A stretch of 64,000 nt of DNA from Chrysomallon squamiferum (taxonomy: Eukaryota > Animalia > Mollusca). Positions 27,001 through 40,496 of the stretch are shown piece after piece (position 1 is the first letter of the stretch; the number at the start of each line of letters is the position of its first letter). The position numbers and the translations under genes are program-made. Below the pieces are notes generated by a model. The model was not told the origin of the DNA. It saw only the letters and a program-made list of their open reading frames with translations, and did no database searches. The stretch spans positions 32,736,001-32,800,000 of the forward strand of contig CM022670.1 of NCBI GenBank assembly GCA_012295275.1, read 5' to 3'.

Positions 27001-30000
27001 TTAATTTCAACTGTTTTGTGTAATGTATTATTTATGTTGGGAGAGGGGATTTCTTTTTTATGTTGTGTTTATTATATACCTGTTTGTCACAACATTTGAT
27101 AATACACAGATATATAAATTGGTTTTAACAATATTTCTTTGTTCTTTTTCTTTATTTCTTTATTTATGTTTTTGTTATTTCATCAAGCTAATCTTATCTG
27201 AAACTTTACAGAAGCTGTTTGACAAAAGACAATAATCTTACCTAATTTCTGCTACCAAAGAACCACCATAAAACATTGGATAGATAAATTTTCTTTCTTG
27301 TTTTTGCTGTTGTTGTTCACTAAAAAAATAAAATTATAATTATTAAAAAAAGGCTAAACGTTTTAATGTAACCTTGAAACTATGTTGGCAAAATAACAAT
27401 CTAAAAACCTATTATTAATCATAAAAAATAACATTCTGTGATAGAAGCTATCTATACCTATAATTACAAAATCTACTGATATGAAGCTATTTGGTTATTT
27501 TACTAAAATTGTAAATTTCAGTTCATGATTTTGTTTCACGTATAACTGAAATATATAATGTATATAAATGTTATAAAAAGGGAACAGAATGGCATATATG
27601 AGGCTGAATAAATATCCAAATATTGTCTTTGAATTTAACTTTAAAAGATATTATGAACTATTGTTCCAAGCCAATAATTAGTTGTTTTTTTTTATCTGTA
27701 AATTTCAGATTGCTAGAAAGCCTGATTATTTGTAATTATAAAAGAGACACTAACATAATGTTGATTGGCTGTTTTGCTGCCATTAACTGTCTCTTGAGCT
27801 CATCCAGTAGTCTTTGGTTTCTGGCTTCCTGGTCTCTAAGTTCTTGTAGCAAAGCAGCTGTCTGGTCATCACCTTTGAGTGGACGTTTACCTAACTCTTC
27901 CAATCTTCTTCTGATCTCTAAAAAATATTATCTTTGTAAATAAACAATGATTTTGTTAATAGAGAAATAACAAAATTAACTTCTATTTTTTTTTATATAA
28001 TGGATCAGTTATGTAGATTATGTTTTTTAGATGTAAGTATCATGAATAACTTGTACTTCACATATATAGATCATGTATCAGTTAAGAGTTCAACATATTT
28101 CACAAAAATGCACATATAAAACTATTATATCAAATATATATAACTACTGTATTAAACACATTAACATTATATACATATCTGTATGTAAATATCATGGACG
28201 TAGAAAGTATCTATTTAAAAATACCTTCTCTTTGTCTTTCAAGATCTCTGTTGCGACCCTGAAGCATTTCCATCTGCCGTCCATGACTTTCTGCAAGCTG
28301 GGCTAATTTTGCATCAGAATTAGGGTTGTGTCTACGATAATCATCCTAAATAGGTAAAAAAATAAAAAATAAAGTTAATAACAAAGATGGATAAAATCAT
28401 TTTAGACATGAAATTAGGTGATAATATGTTGAGGGATGAAAAAAGGAAGAAGACAAAGAAAAGAATATATATTCATTATTTTAAAATAAAATGCAAACTT
28501 AAATGATAAACTATAAAAAGAGATAACATTGTTAAATACTATAGTCATTGTTTTATTAGAAAAATATCTTTATATGAAAAAACAAAAAGAAAGAAAAAAA
28601 AGAAGAAAAACAATGATAAAGTAAATAAACCATTTAATTAAATCACATTAATTTAATAGTATTTTTAAAAAATGTTTTCAAATGATAAACATTATTGATA
28701 TCATTATATACATAAAAAAGAGATAGACAAAATGAAAAAATGTTCTATAATAATGAATGACATTACCATACTGGTAATTAAACAGTAAACATGTAGAAAA
28801 TAGTATACACATACAAAAGAACAAACTGTAAAACATGACATAAAAACAACAACAAATATGCAAACAAAAAGTAAAAAACAAAACAACATATACACATTTG
28901 AAGAAATATTTTATATTAAGACAATTTCTGGATAAACAAAAAGAAAGAAAAAGAAAAAAGATGCTTTTCTTAATACTGTTAAATCTTTGTATTTATATAA
29001 GAATTTAAAAATTCCATAGTAATATGATATATCACAGCATATACAGATAACATATTATTAAAAATAATAAATCTATTCAAAACAGCAAGCACATGCATTC
29101 AAATAACAAAATAATAAAGCATAAAATTATTATGAATAATAAATAAAATAAAAAGGATTGTACTAAATGTACACCATCAAATGTTAAAGATTCAATAATT
29201 TTAATAATATTTTCATTTCACTTTATCATCAATTATAACTAATGTTACTAACATACTTCTTTAAAAAGGAATTTTTACTGACCTTTTTCATAATACACTT
29301 CCCATTTCACATGAATGCTTCAAGTTAAATACTAAAATACTGAAATGGTTCTTACACATAATGAAAACAATGTTGATTTGTTCCTACTTTATAAAGCATA
29401 AGAAAAGTACCAATTTTTTCTCCCTTGTCTTCAGTGATTGTTTTTCAAGTTTTTCTTAATATTTTCCCATTTATCATATAATACATCTATTATCCAAATA
29501 CATCTATAGATGTTATTATTAAATGAATGGATAAATGAAGGAAACTGCACATTCAAATACATGTCCAAAGAAAATGCATATGCTGGAAATTATTTATCCA
29601 AATACATGTACTTAAGAATTTATTTCTAACAGAAAGATTAATTTAAAAAAAGGCACAACATTCAGGCAAGAACTCCAACATACAACATCAAATATTATCA
29701 GTTGGATGCTGAACTTACTTCATCTGCAAGATGTATACTCATGCTAGAGCTAGAGTTTCTAGAGTATTGGCCTGTAGGATATGGATTGTACCCTGCTTCA
29801 TACTGTCTTTCGCGCTCACGCAACCTTTCATACTGCAAGAAATAGGTTTCCTCTAATACAGTCTAAGGTACATTAGTTAATAACATATGTTATTAGAACA
29901 GAAAATTGAATTTTTTTTTTATTATTATAATTTTTTTTTTTAAATGGAATTCTGCCAATATTATCTAATGAATGGTAAATGCTCATGTAACATAAGTAGC

Positions 30001-33000
30001 ATTTTTTAAATTTAAAGAATTTTTTTTTTATATATAAATGTTAATCATGTGCATAATATTATTATTAGTGTCATTTTGGACTTCTAACATACATAAAGGT
30101 AATACAGAAACTCATATACACATATAATACATAATGAATAATAAAATTATCATCTGTTTTAAACTGATTATTGAGTAAAAACTATAAATTTCAAATGAAA
30201 AATAATTTACAAAAAAACATTTTCATAAGAGATAAAAACAGACCATATCTGTTATAAAATTAACTTTAAAGTAATTAAATTTCAAAAATTTATTTTAAGA
30301 AAATAATTTAAACGAATTACAAACATACAATTAACAATACAAGAAGATTTAAAATGAAAAAAAAAAAAATTTAGAAAAGACAAAATGTAAAGAAAATAAA
30401 AGATAATCCTCACTTCAATCTGAAGTTTCCTAAGATCTGGATGTTTGGAGAGTTTAACAACACCATGTTTGTGTCTTACATGTGATCCTTTTAGTGCTGC
30501 ATCTGTTGAATCTAAATTATCTAGTAGCATGCGTTCCTCGATGTCTCGAATTTGTCGCTGTCTCGACCTTCGATCTTTTAAGGCCTGTAGCTCACTGACC
30601 TTATTCCCAAGAGGCATTTTGAAAGATTATATTTTTAAAATTTATCTCATAATTTAAATTTTAGATGAAAGCCCAATAATTCAACAAGATGTAAATAATC
30701 TTGTTGTTGATCTGAAATTTGAAAATTTCTGAATTTTGTAACAAAATTAAAATTTTGATGATTTTTCTTATGATGAATCATTTTGATAAAATTATGATCA
30801 AGTAAATCCATAACTTATGGAAAAATATTTGGATTAATTAGAAATTATTATTAAATATGTTCAGATCAAAATCAAGAGTTTAAAAGATCTGTGAGAATAA
30901 GCGTAGCTACATCAGAGGCCAACAAAATATGTATGACGTTATACAGGTCAGTGGTAAAGCAGTTTAACACCTAGACCCAGCCTTATGCAAATACCAACAT
31001 AAGAAGCAGTATATTTAAAAAAGAAATCTATGCTTGAATGAATAACACATTCAACCATATGAGACACCAGTGTTTGGAAATTGAAAAGAGAAAATAATAT
31101 TGAACTAAATACAAATATATCTGTATGCCATGTTTAGACTTGTTGCCAAGAATATTGCAGGAACATATCAATTAAGTTATGATTTCAAACTGACCTATAG
31201 AAATTGATTCTAACAGCTGAAGAATATGTTATTATTATGAGTGAATAAAAGTTTGTAAATGACCATGCAAACTGATTTCTCTCTTTGAAATGAAAAGAAT
31301 CAACAGAGACACTTGTGACAAAAACATACAGAAAGGATTTGAAATTGGCTTGACAACACATAAACACAGGACAATACAGAGGAATAAAGACTGCCAGGCA
31401 CATAGCAACAGGTTTGTCTGAAACCTAAGTAAAACATGCCATATATTAAAATATGAATCCATAACTAAATACTAATGTGAAAAACATTTTATTACAAATC
31501 TTTATGATTATGCACATGAATTTAAAGAATAATAGTGATAATAAAAAATAGGTTATAGATTTTGTACTCTTGAAAAAAACCAACAATAATTTAAAGAAAT
31601 TGTGTTTATTAGTCTGATTTGTACTCACTATAACGAAAACAATTATTTGAAGAAACTCTTATATAAATGTTAAATACAGAACTAAAATGTTTTCAATCAA
31701 CTTTTTAAAAGTCAATTTACCAAATAATAAAAATATACATATAACACACAACTATACAATAACAATATAGAAAGAAACACAACAGAAATCTCATTGATAA
31801 ATGTGTGTAAGGTTAAGTTTAGTTAATAATAGCTCTTGCTTAATATAATCTAGATAACAACATCCATGTCTAGTTATTTAGATAATAAAATTTCTTTGAG
31901 AATTTGTGAAAGTAAAGTACCTCATACTAAAGTCTCATAAATCAATCAGAAAGAAAATCATTAATAACATTCTGAACAACACAGTATCATCAAGTGATAA
32001 AAACATTTCTCAGTTTTATTCTTCATCCAGAGAAAAAGTTAATAAGGGTCAGAAAAAAAGAGTTACATAAAATGAGATTCATTAAGGAAATACAATATTC
32101 TATTGTGTTTCTTTATTGATTAATCACTTCAAATAGCCAATGATCTTGTTCCTAAACAAAATGTACATTGTGTGTAACAGAAATGCTTGAAGTAATTTAT
32201 TTGGTAAAAATAGCACATGAAGCTGAGAATGAAGATAAAAAGAAAAGGGAGAAAACAAAAAAAAAAGGTAAAGGAATAAAGGAATGAAAAAGAAATATAT
32301 ATTAAGTAAAACATGAAATCTTGAATTTTACAATTTTTTATTTATTTATTTATTTATTTCTACTACATTAGTATTAAAATTAGGTAACAAATATATTTGA
32401 AATTTTAATTTTTTAATTTTTTTTTAACTCTATATCTATAGTCAGAATTAACAGTAAATATAAATATACATACACAACATCATTTTAAAAAAAAATTAAA
32501 AATAAATACTAATATATAATGTATTTGTAAAAACACATAAAAAGTAAGTTTTGAATTTACATACTTTAACACAATTATCATCAGAAAATAAAAAAGAATA
32601 ATACAAAGCGGGGCAACATGCTGCATATTAAATAACAACAACAACAACAACAACCATCATAGTAAAAATAAATATAAAAATAAACAGCTGGTTGCATGAC
32701 TCAATGACTGTAAGTAATGTCATAAAAAACAATTAAGATAGTACAGATTAAATTTAATTTTAAAATGTAAATATGGTTTCTGAATCTAATTCTGTTCAAA
32801 TTATATATATATATATACTAAATTAAGTATAAAATATTGAAATTAGCATAAAAACGCTTAAGAAAATTAAAAATATATCACATTGTCAATCTCTTGTAAA
32901 AAAATTTTTACAATTTACCTAACAAATCTTTCCAGGGTAATTTGAAACCGTAAAAGCCCATTGCAATGATGAGAATTTTCAGAATTACATTTAACCTACC

Positions 33001-33277
33001 TTTTCCTTAACAGTGTTATCTGAAAATTCCTGTAAAATGTTGATGACAAACATTTAAAATACAGAATTTTTTTAATATAAAAATATAACAAGCCACTAAT
33101 GTTTTCACTCAGTAAATTAAAGCTAATAATGATTAATTCACTATCTATTATAATACCTTCAACAGATTTTGTAAATAAATATCTCAATTATTTTCAATGG
33201 AAATAAAATTAAATCGATACAAAAATTAAATTTAATTTTTGTTGAATTTAGTTTTAAATTAAATAATGGTTTCTTGT

Positions 33278-33317
<40 letters not shown>

Positions 33318-35373
33318 CAAGTAAATGCCTACATTTTTATCTAGCTTTATTTTTTTAAATGATAACTAAAAAATTTTGGTAAACTTAACCTGATTTTTCT
33401 ATTCTGGTGACAAAGGTATTAAATTTAGCACAGCTTCAAACTATTTAATTTACAAATGTTAACATAAGAAGAAAAAAAAACATTCAAATATCCCGCACCC
33501 ATAAGTACGTGTATTACACAAAAGATCAATAAATATTCTGGTGCAGTACAACTTGTCAAACAAATTGCCTCATTAATAAATCGATATACACAAAAAACAC
33601 ACACTAAAAAGTAATTTATGACTTTGGTTGCTATTAGCATAAGCTATCCTTTCAAACAGTCTTGCCTGACTACAGCGTTTTCAAAACCAAGGATGAAGTA
33701 TTTTTTTAAATATATCATGGAATGTTTTGATAGGTAAAATAAAGTAAATATCAACTTGCAGGAACTTGGCAACCATTACTAAAACTTAATACTAATATCA
33801 TCTTTTTATAATTTATTATTAGTATTACTTTTATATTTATTTATTTATTTTTCAATATTATTTAAAATAAATGGAGATACTAAACAATTTTAATAAATAA
33901 TATTAAGTAAAAAACAAACGAACATTAATCAAAGAAATAATAATTAAAGAAATTAAAAATTAAAAAAAAAAAAAAAAAGGGTACAAAAGAATTGATCTTT
34001 TTTTTTTTTTTTTTTTTTTTTTTGGTTTTTTAATTATTAAAACAACTCAAAGTTATATTATATTGTATATTTTACAAAATGCAGTGTATTAATAATATCT
34101 GGATTTGATAAAAAAATAAATCAGTGTGTAAACAATCTTTTATGCATATTAGTATGTGACTGTTGTAATAACAAGTTTAAAAACATTTCTTCATTTAATA
34201 TAATAAACTTATTGCACAAACAAGAAATTACAAGAAATCAGAAAAAATGTGATAAAAACAATGTACTGGTATAAATTAGCAAAAAATACTAATATATTTC
34301 AAACACTGAAGAACAAATTTAAAAGAATAATAATAATAATAACAATAATAAAAATAATAATAAAAATATAAAATGAATAGGGTGCAAAAAATGCTAATAT
34401 ATTATTCATTTATTTAATATAAATAAATAAATAATAAATATAATAAAGTCAGAAATACGAAGAATACAAAAGAAATACAAAAGAAAAAGACTTTGTTAAT
34501 TCAGAATTAAAATATTATAAATTAATAATATCCTCTTTAAGGGTAATCTTAAAGCATAACTGTTTAAATAAACTTCCTATTAATTATTTCATTTGTTACT
34601 GAATATAAACCTTTTATAATAATAAAATATATCATTAGTACAGAGGAAAGAAAGTTGTCATCATTTCATTCATATAAATGCCTGAGTGGATAAGATACCT
34701 TTGAAAGAATTTACTAAGCTTAATTGAAAGTTTTTACATTTTCTTTTATATCAAAGAAAAAGGGGAAATTACATCTCATCAGATTAATTAATTCAGTGTC
34801 ATATTTAATTGTTAGAAAAATGTGGTATCTAGAGTGAAATACAACTACTGATAAGTATATGGTTAGGCTATGTAACCAACTATTTTATGGTAGCTCAAAA
34901 TATTACTCTCTTAAATGAACATTATAATTATTACATTTTAAAAACTGAAATACCACTCACATCAATACTTATAATAATATATAAAAATAAGTAAATAAAA
35001 TTTTGTATATACACATAATATTTCAGACATCTCACAGAAAATAAACCGATAATAATTACTAAAATATTAATGCTTAACAACTGAATAGATTTTGAAATTC
35101 AACACACTGTTGCTTCAAACATCTAATCAGATTTAAAAATATTAATATGTCAATATTGAATATATTTTTTAATTTTCATACCTCTGGTGTTGGGGGTCGT
35201 GGTTCATAATCATCAGGATGCAGCAGACCTCGACGCAGCAACAATGTGTTTGGGTCACCATATGTCCCTCCAACACAAAACTTTGCCTTGTGTTTCTGAA
35301 GCAGTCCAGGACTGCTAAAACTCATATTACAGTCATGACACTTCCAGTTCATATATATAAACTCTGATGCCAT
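526..35373 (-). CDS. CCDC17: Coiled-coil domain-containing protein 17 orthologue, long isoform (3'-partial; continues beyond position 1)
   Basis: Hand-spliced GT-AG exons with continuous phase: 35182-35373, (33000-33029 microexon), 30414-30599, 29719-29832, 28225-28345, 27755-27917, 27242-27319, 26579-26709, 26185-26316, 19720-20027, 18388-18428, 10689-10895, 10173-10392, 9314-9424, 8522-8634, 6623-6767, 5895-6177, 5175-5425, 4833-4952, 4425-4580, 4126-4242, 3558-3731, 2578-2811, 2272-2358, 1983-2069, 1614-1709, 1134-1241, 526-681. Motifs match recalled human CCDC17 in order: N-terminal CxxC..H..FC zinc finger (CHDCNMSFSSPGLLQKHKAKFCVG), SLVAEISAIRQAYVANGGTDPEVL, EMENERLQRELL, poly-Pro, PYDQYTGFVIFYDF, ARQPVP, VVELQV, AWTKIPLFDSGDRLLAGRYKIP, ELYYRIVHMRDA. 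The 30599 acceptor is uncertain. Confidence 0.9.
3737..3843. repeat. (AAT)n microsatellite
   Basis: About 35 units, intronic, abutting the acceptor at 3732. Confidence 0.95.
12423..12525 (-). CDS. CCDC17 candidate alternative last exon, YSNID copy B (phase 2)
   Basis: tatatttttcag acceptor. Reads (Y)SMLPPMQPIRSYSNIDSGTYRRLDWRTNLQDTK*. Confidence 0.7.
13186..13258 (-). CDS. CCDC17 candidate alternative last exon, YSNID copy A (phase 2)
   Basis: tttgaattttcag acceptor. Reads (Y)SYPLQSINEYSNIDLLTTRGFDW*; similar to the exon at 12423-12525. Confidence 0.65.
13363..13418. repeat. (AAAT)n microsatellite
   Basis: About 14 units, directly visible. Confidence 0.9.
15097..15145 (-). CDS. CCDC17 candidate alternative last exon (phase 2)
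   Basis: ttcattttcag acceptor. Reads (Y)FHFHGPGGSRTFHGY*. Confidence 0.45.
16519..16668 (-). CDS. CCDC17 candidate alternative exon, 150 nt, phase 2/2, with in-frame TAA at 16524-16526
   Basis: gtttcag acceptor and GTAAGT donor. Reads (Y)PHVKQVETEMEPSEPWSDWPQATPRPYMHTWVSTQHRKVTEFGPGSD*Q. Confidence 0.65.
17310..17373. repeat. (AAT)n microsatellite
   Basis: About 21 units, directly visible. Confidence 0.95.
19763..19857 (-). repeat. Coding (CCA/CCT/CCG)n repeat encoding poly-proline
   Basis: GGT/GGA/GGC run on the plus strand inside exon 19720-20027. Confidence 0.95.
23309..23430 (-). CDS. CCDC17 candidate alternative last exon (phase 1)
   Basis: tgtctgtgttttgcag acceptor. In the phase of the 26185 donor it reads (G)PPQTTHNIHVHNYGDQTARYGVSSTCRLCQDYFNHIAVL*. 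The segment is a GC-richer island. Confidence 0.6.
23640..23700. repeat. Compound (TA)n(TG)n microsatellite
   Basis: Directly visible. Confidence 0.9.
25103..26184 (-). CDS. CCDC17 alternative terminal extension (read-through of the 26185 donor), about 360 aa, Ser/Pro/Thr/Lys-rich
   Basis: The reading frame stays open for more than 1 kb past the G|GTAGGA donor, to TAA at 25103, with coding-like composition in an otherwise stop-dense AT-rich intron. Confidence 0.8.
33000..33029 (-). CDS. CCDC17 candidate 30-nt microexon (EFSDNTVKEK)
   Basis: ttttacag|30 nt|gtaggt, phase 0/0, open in frame between exons 35182-35373 and 30414-30599. Confidence 0.55.
33280..33316. repeat. (CA)n microsatellite
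   Basis: Directly visible. Confidence 0.95.
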
Positions 35374-35476
35374 ATTTGGCTTTAGTTTGTGTCACACTTC
35401 TACTAAATTTCTATCTTATATCCATTGTTGTTTCATCATTAAACTGTATCTGAAATAAATATAAATATAAATATAA

Positions 35477-35478
<2 letters not shown>

Positions 35479-35514
<36 letters not shown>

Positions 35515-35530
35515 GTAATAATAGTAATAA
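35479..35530. repeat. (AAT)n microsatellite
   Basis: Directly visible, just upstream of the 35450 acceptor. Confidence 0.9.
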
Positions 35531-35875
35531 TATAGTGAAATAATGTAATGCAGATAAAAACAAAGTATGAGTAAAAATTTAAAAAGGTAGTATGTCAAGA
35601 GTTTATAATAAATAAATTAATATTTAAAAAACAAACAAAAAATCTATTAGAAAACATTTTCACTTCTGAGGTGATAACAAATCATCTGATGTCGTTTTGT
35701 TCTTGTTTTGTTCTAAATAATTTAAATCATTTTGATTAGGGATGTGGTTAACACACACTCTTTTTTAAATAATAAATCGAAACCCCAAAATAATATAAAA
35801 TAATACATTCAAAATAAACAATTAAAACATGAAACAAAAATCAAAAACTTAAACTTTTAAAAGTTAATCTGTGAA

Positions 35876-35911
<36 letters not shown>

Positions 35912-36093
35912 GTTATTATTATTAATTTTTATGTAAAAAAGATTTAAAGTTCGCGAACTTCAAACGACTCGCAAAAATGTACTTTAAAGTTTAACGTTTA
36001 TCACAATAATTTTTAAACAGTCATTAAAAATATTTAAATAAAATAATTATAATAATAATTAAGAGCAAATTAAAATGAAAAATAACAACATAC

Positions 36094-36310
36094 CTGTAAA
36101 ATGATCTTAAAATGAAAAGGGGGTAAAACCCCAATCAAATTTTACTGTCTGTCACATATTCTCATTGTGACATCAGACGCCATTTTGAAAGTTGTGAGCA
36201 AGCGGGTACCTGCCACACTGATCGTTCATTTGTCGTTGCTACAACAACGTTTGAATCACGTGGTTTGACATGTAAATAATAGCCATGTGCTTTATTTGCT
36301 CGTTATCAAA
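36094..36310 (-). promoter_or_regulatory. Putative CCDC17 promoter and non-coding first exon with RFX X-box-like, E-box and YY1-like motifs
   Basis: CpG-enriched island. Donor CAG|GTATGT at 36094 pairs with acceptor ttatttcag at 35450. Motifs: GTTGCTACAACAAC at 36235-36248 (X-box-like), CACGTG at 36257-36262, AAAATGGCG at about 36178-36186. Confidence 0.5.
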
Positions 36311-36463
36311 CCGATTTCGTCAGCTTTAAGAGCTTCCTCTTCTTTGCTTTCCTGTTGTTGTTTTTAATTATTATTAAGTGATAAAGGGAGATTGTTTTAC
36401 GGTTGTGTAATTACGTTTATTTTCTGCTAGAGCACACTAAGTTGCGTAACAGTTTCTTCAGAG

Positions 36464-36502
<39 letters not shown>

Positions 36503-37901
36503 ATTAGCAAGATAAAAAAAACACACAAAAAACAACACGTAGTAATTTACATCATAACGTTATACTACTACTACTACTTTACTACAGAATTTTTGACCTT
36601 TTTTGACATTTTTTCGTAATTATAGAAACAGATAAATTATAAAATTATATATTCTTACTGGCATCAAATATAAAACATGAATATTTCATAAATACATAGT
36701 AAATTGGGTGTAAAGAGGAGGGACATTTATCAATTTATTTTATATGTGTTCCCCTTTTAAGCATTATTTTATTATTACTATTACATTATTTATTTATTTT
36801 AAACACTTTAGCCCTCATAACTGATTAATAATGATAATGATACAAACAGTAATTAAAAAGTGAAATAGAAAGAGAAAATGGAGAAACAGTATTGTTGCCA
36901 GACCGTATTGTTTGCATGATTTCAATAGATTTTGTCATGAGTCAAAAACATTTTTGTAATTTTATGAAATGAAATTACAAAAAACAATTAAATAAATAAA
37001 AAGTTGATTTCTGATGAAAAAAAAATTAAATTTATATATTGATGGGTTCAAACATCATGTATTTGAATATAGGATTAGTTTCCTTGATTTCAAAAGTTTT
37101 TGCTTTTCTTTTTTTAAATGAAATTAAAATATATAAATAAAAGGTGAAAACAATGTACATACCATTTATTCTAATATGATTAGAACAAAGAGTCTTTTAC
37201 AAATGTTATTTTGGAAAAGAGGCAAGGATGTGTAGTCAAGACAATCAGGTTTATCAAGGGAAAGAAATGCAAGCACTCATTGATATCATCAATATGCAGT
37301 CAATTAACAAGGAATAATTAGCAAACTCTTTAAAAATTGTTGCTTTAAGTACTTTGAACAGACTGATATATTTTTTTATTTTTCTATAACCATAACATTG
37401 TTTTCTTTAAAAATAAAATGGTATACAAAAATATTTTTGATTGGTTAAATCAAGCAAAGTATTTGTGTATTCAAATTCATTTGATTTAATCTTACTTTAC
37501 AAATAGAATGTGAGTTTACAGGTATAATCATGAAATTGCACATTAAGTCAATAATCATGATGATTAATGATTAAATACACTTATATATATAATGTCCTTT
37601 ACTTGGTTATTAAATATATTCTGATAGCAAATGTGGCTCAACATATAATAGTTTAAACATTTTAATGTTTAAACATTGCTAGTGTTTCTGTTTTCTGCCT
37701 TCTGCATTAAAAAAAAAAAAAAAAAGAAACCAAAAATAACAAGGAAAACAAAAATTGCCAGATGATTTGAACTCTTACTGGTAACAAGGAATTTAAAATA
37801 CTCTAGATAAAACATTTACATGAATAAAATATATATTTCAACACGTCAACTTACACACTAATTCAGAATAAAACAGACAAAAATGGTTTTCAATTTAAAT
37901 C

Positions 37902-37907
37902 TTTATT
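37902..37907 (-). terminator. Putative MAGOH polyadenylation signal
   Basis: AATAAA on the minus strand about 70 nt past the stop codon. The AT-rich context lowers specificity. Confidence 0.35.
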
Positions 37908-37975
37908 TACACTGTCAGTTGTGATAAAAATAAATGGCATGAGAAATGATTAAAAACAGATGTGTCTGTAGTTTG

Positions 37976-40165
<2,190 letters not shown>

Positions 40166-40496
40166 TTTGCTTATGTTTTTTTACTTCTAATCTTTATTTG
40201 TTAAGCACCACTTAAAGGTCTCTGCTAAACAGTTTCAAAATCTTAACATGTAACACTATTGTCTATTTTAAACCTATTATATATTAGTATTTCAGTTAAT
40301 ATGAAGTAAAGAAAAAACAATCACTGTTACTGAAACAGAAATTTACAAATTTAGCGGTGACTCCTTATACAAAAAATACCCCACAAATAGAAAGTATAAC
40401 GGAAGGGGGATAACTCAATTTATATAACTAAAACGTGGTCCCAACTAATCTGTAATTTTTGGAAAATAATGCATTCACCATAATTTAATAAATCAA
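40166..40496. promoter_or_regulatory. Bidirectional promoter shared by MAGOH and WDR83
   Basis: Only 331 bp separate the divergent ATGs (40165 minus, 40497 plus), so both TSSs and 5' UTRs most likely lie here. Confidence 0.8.
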
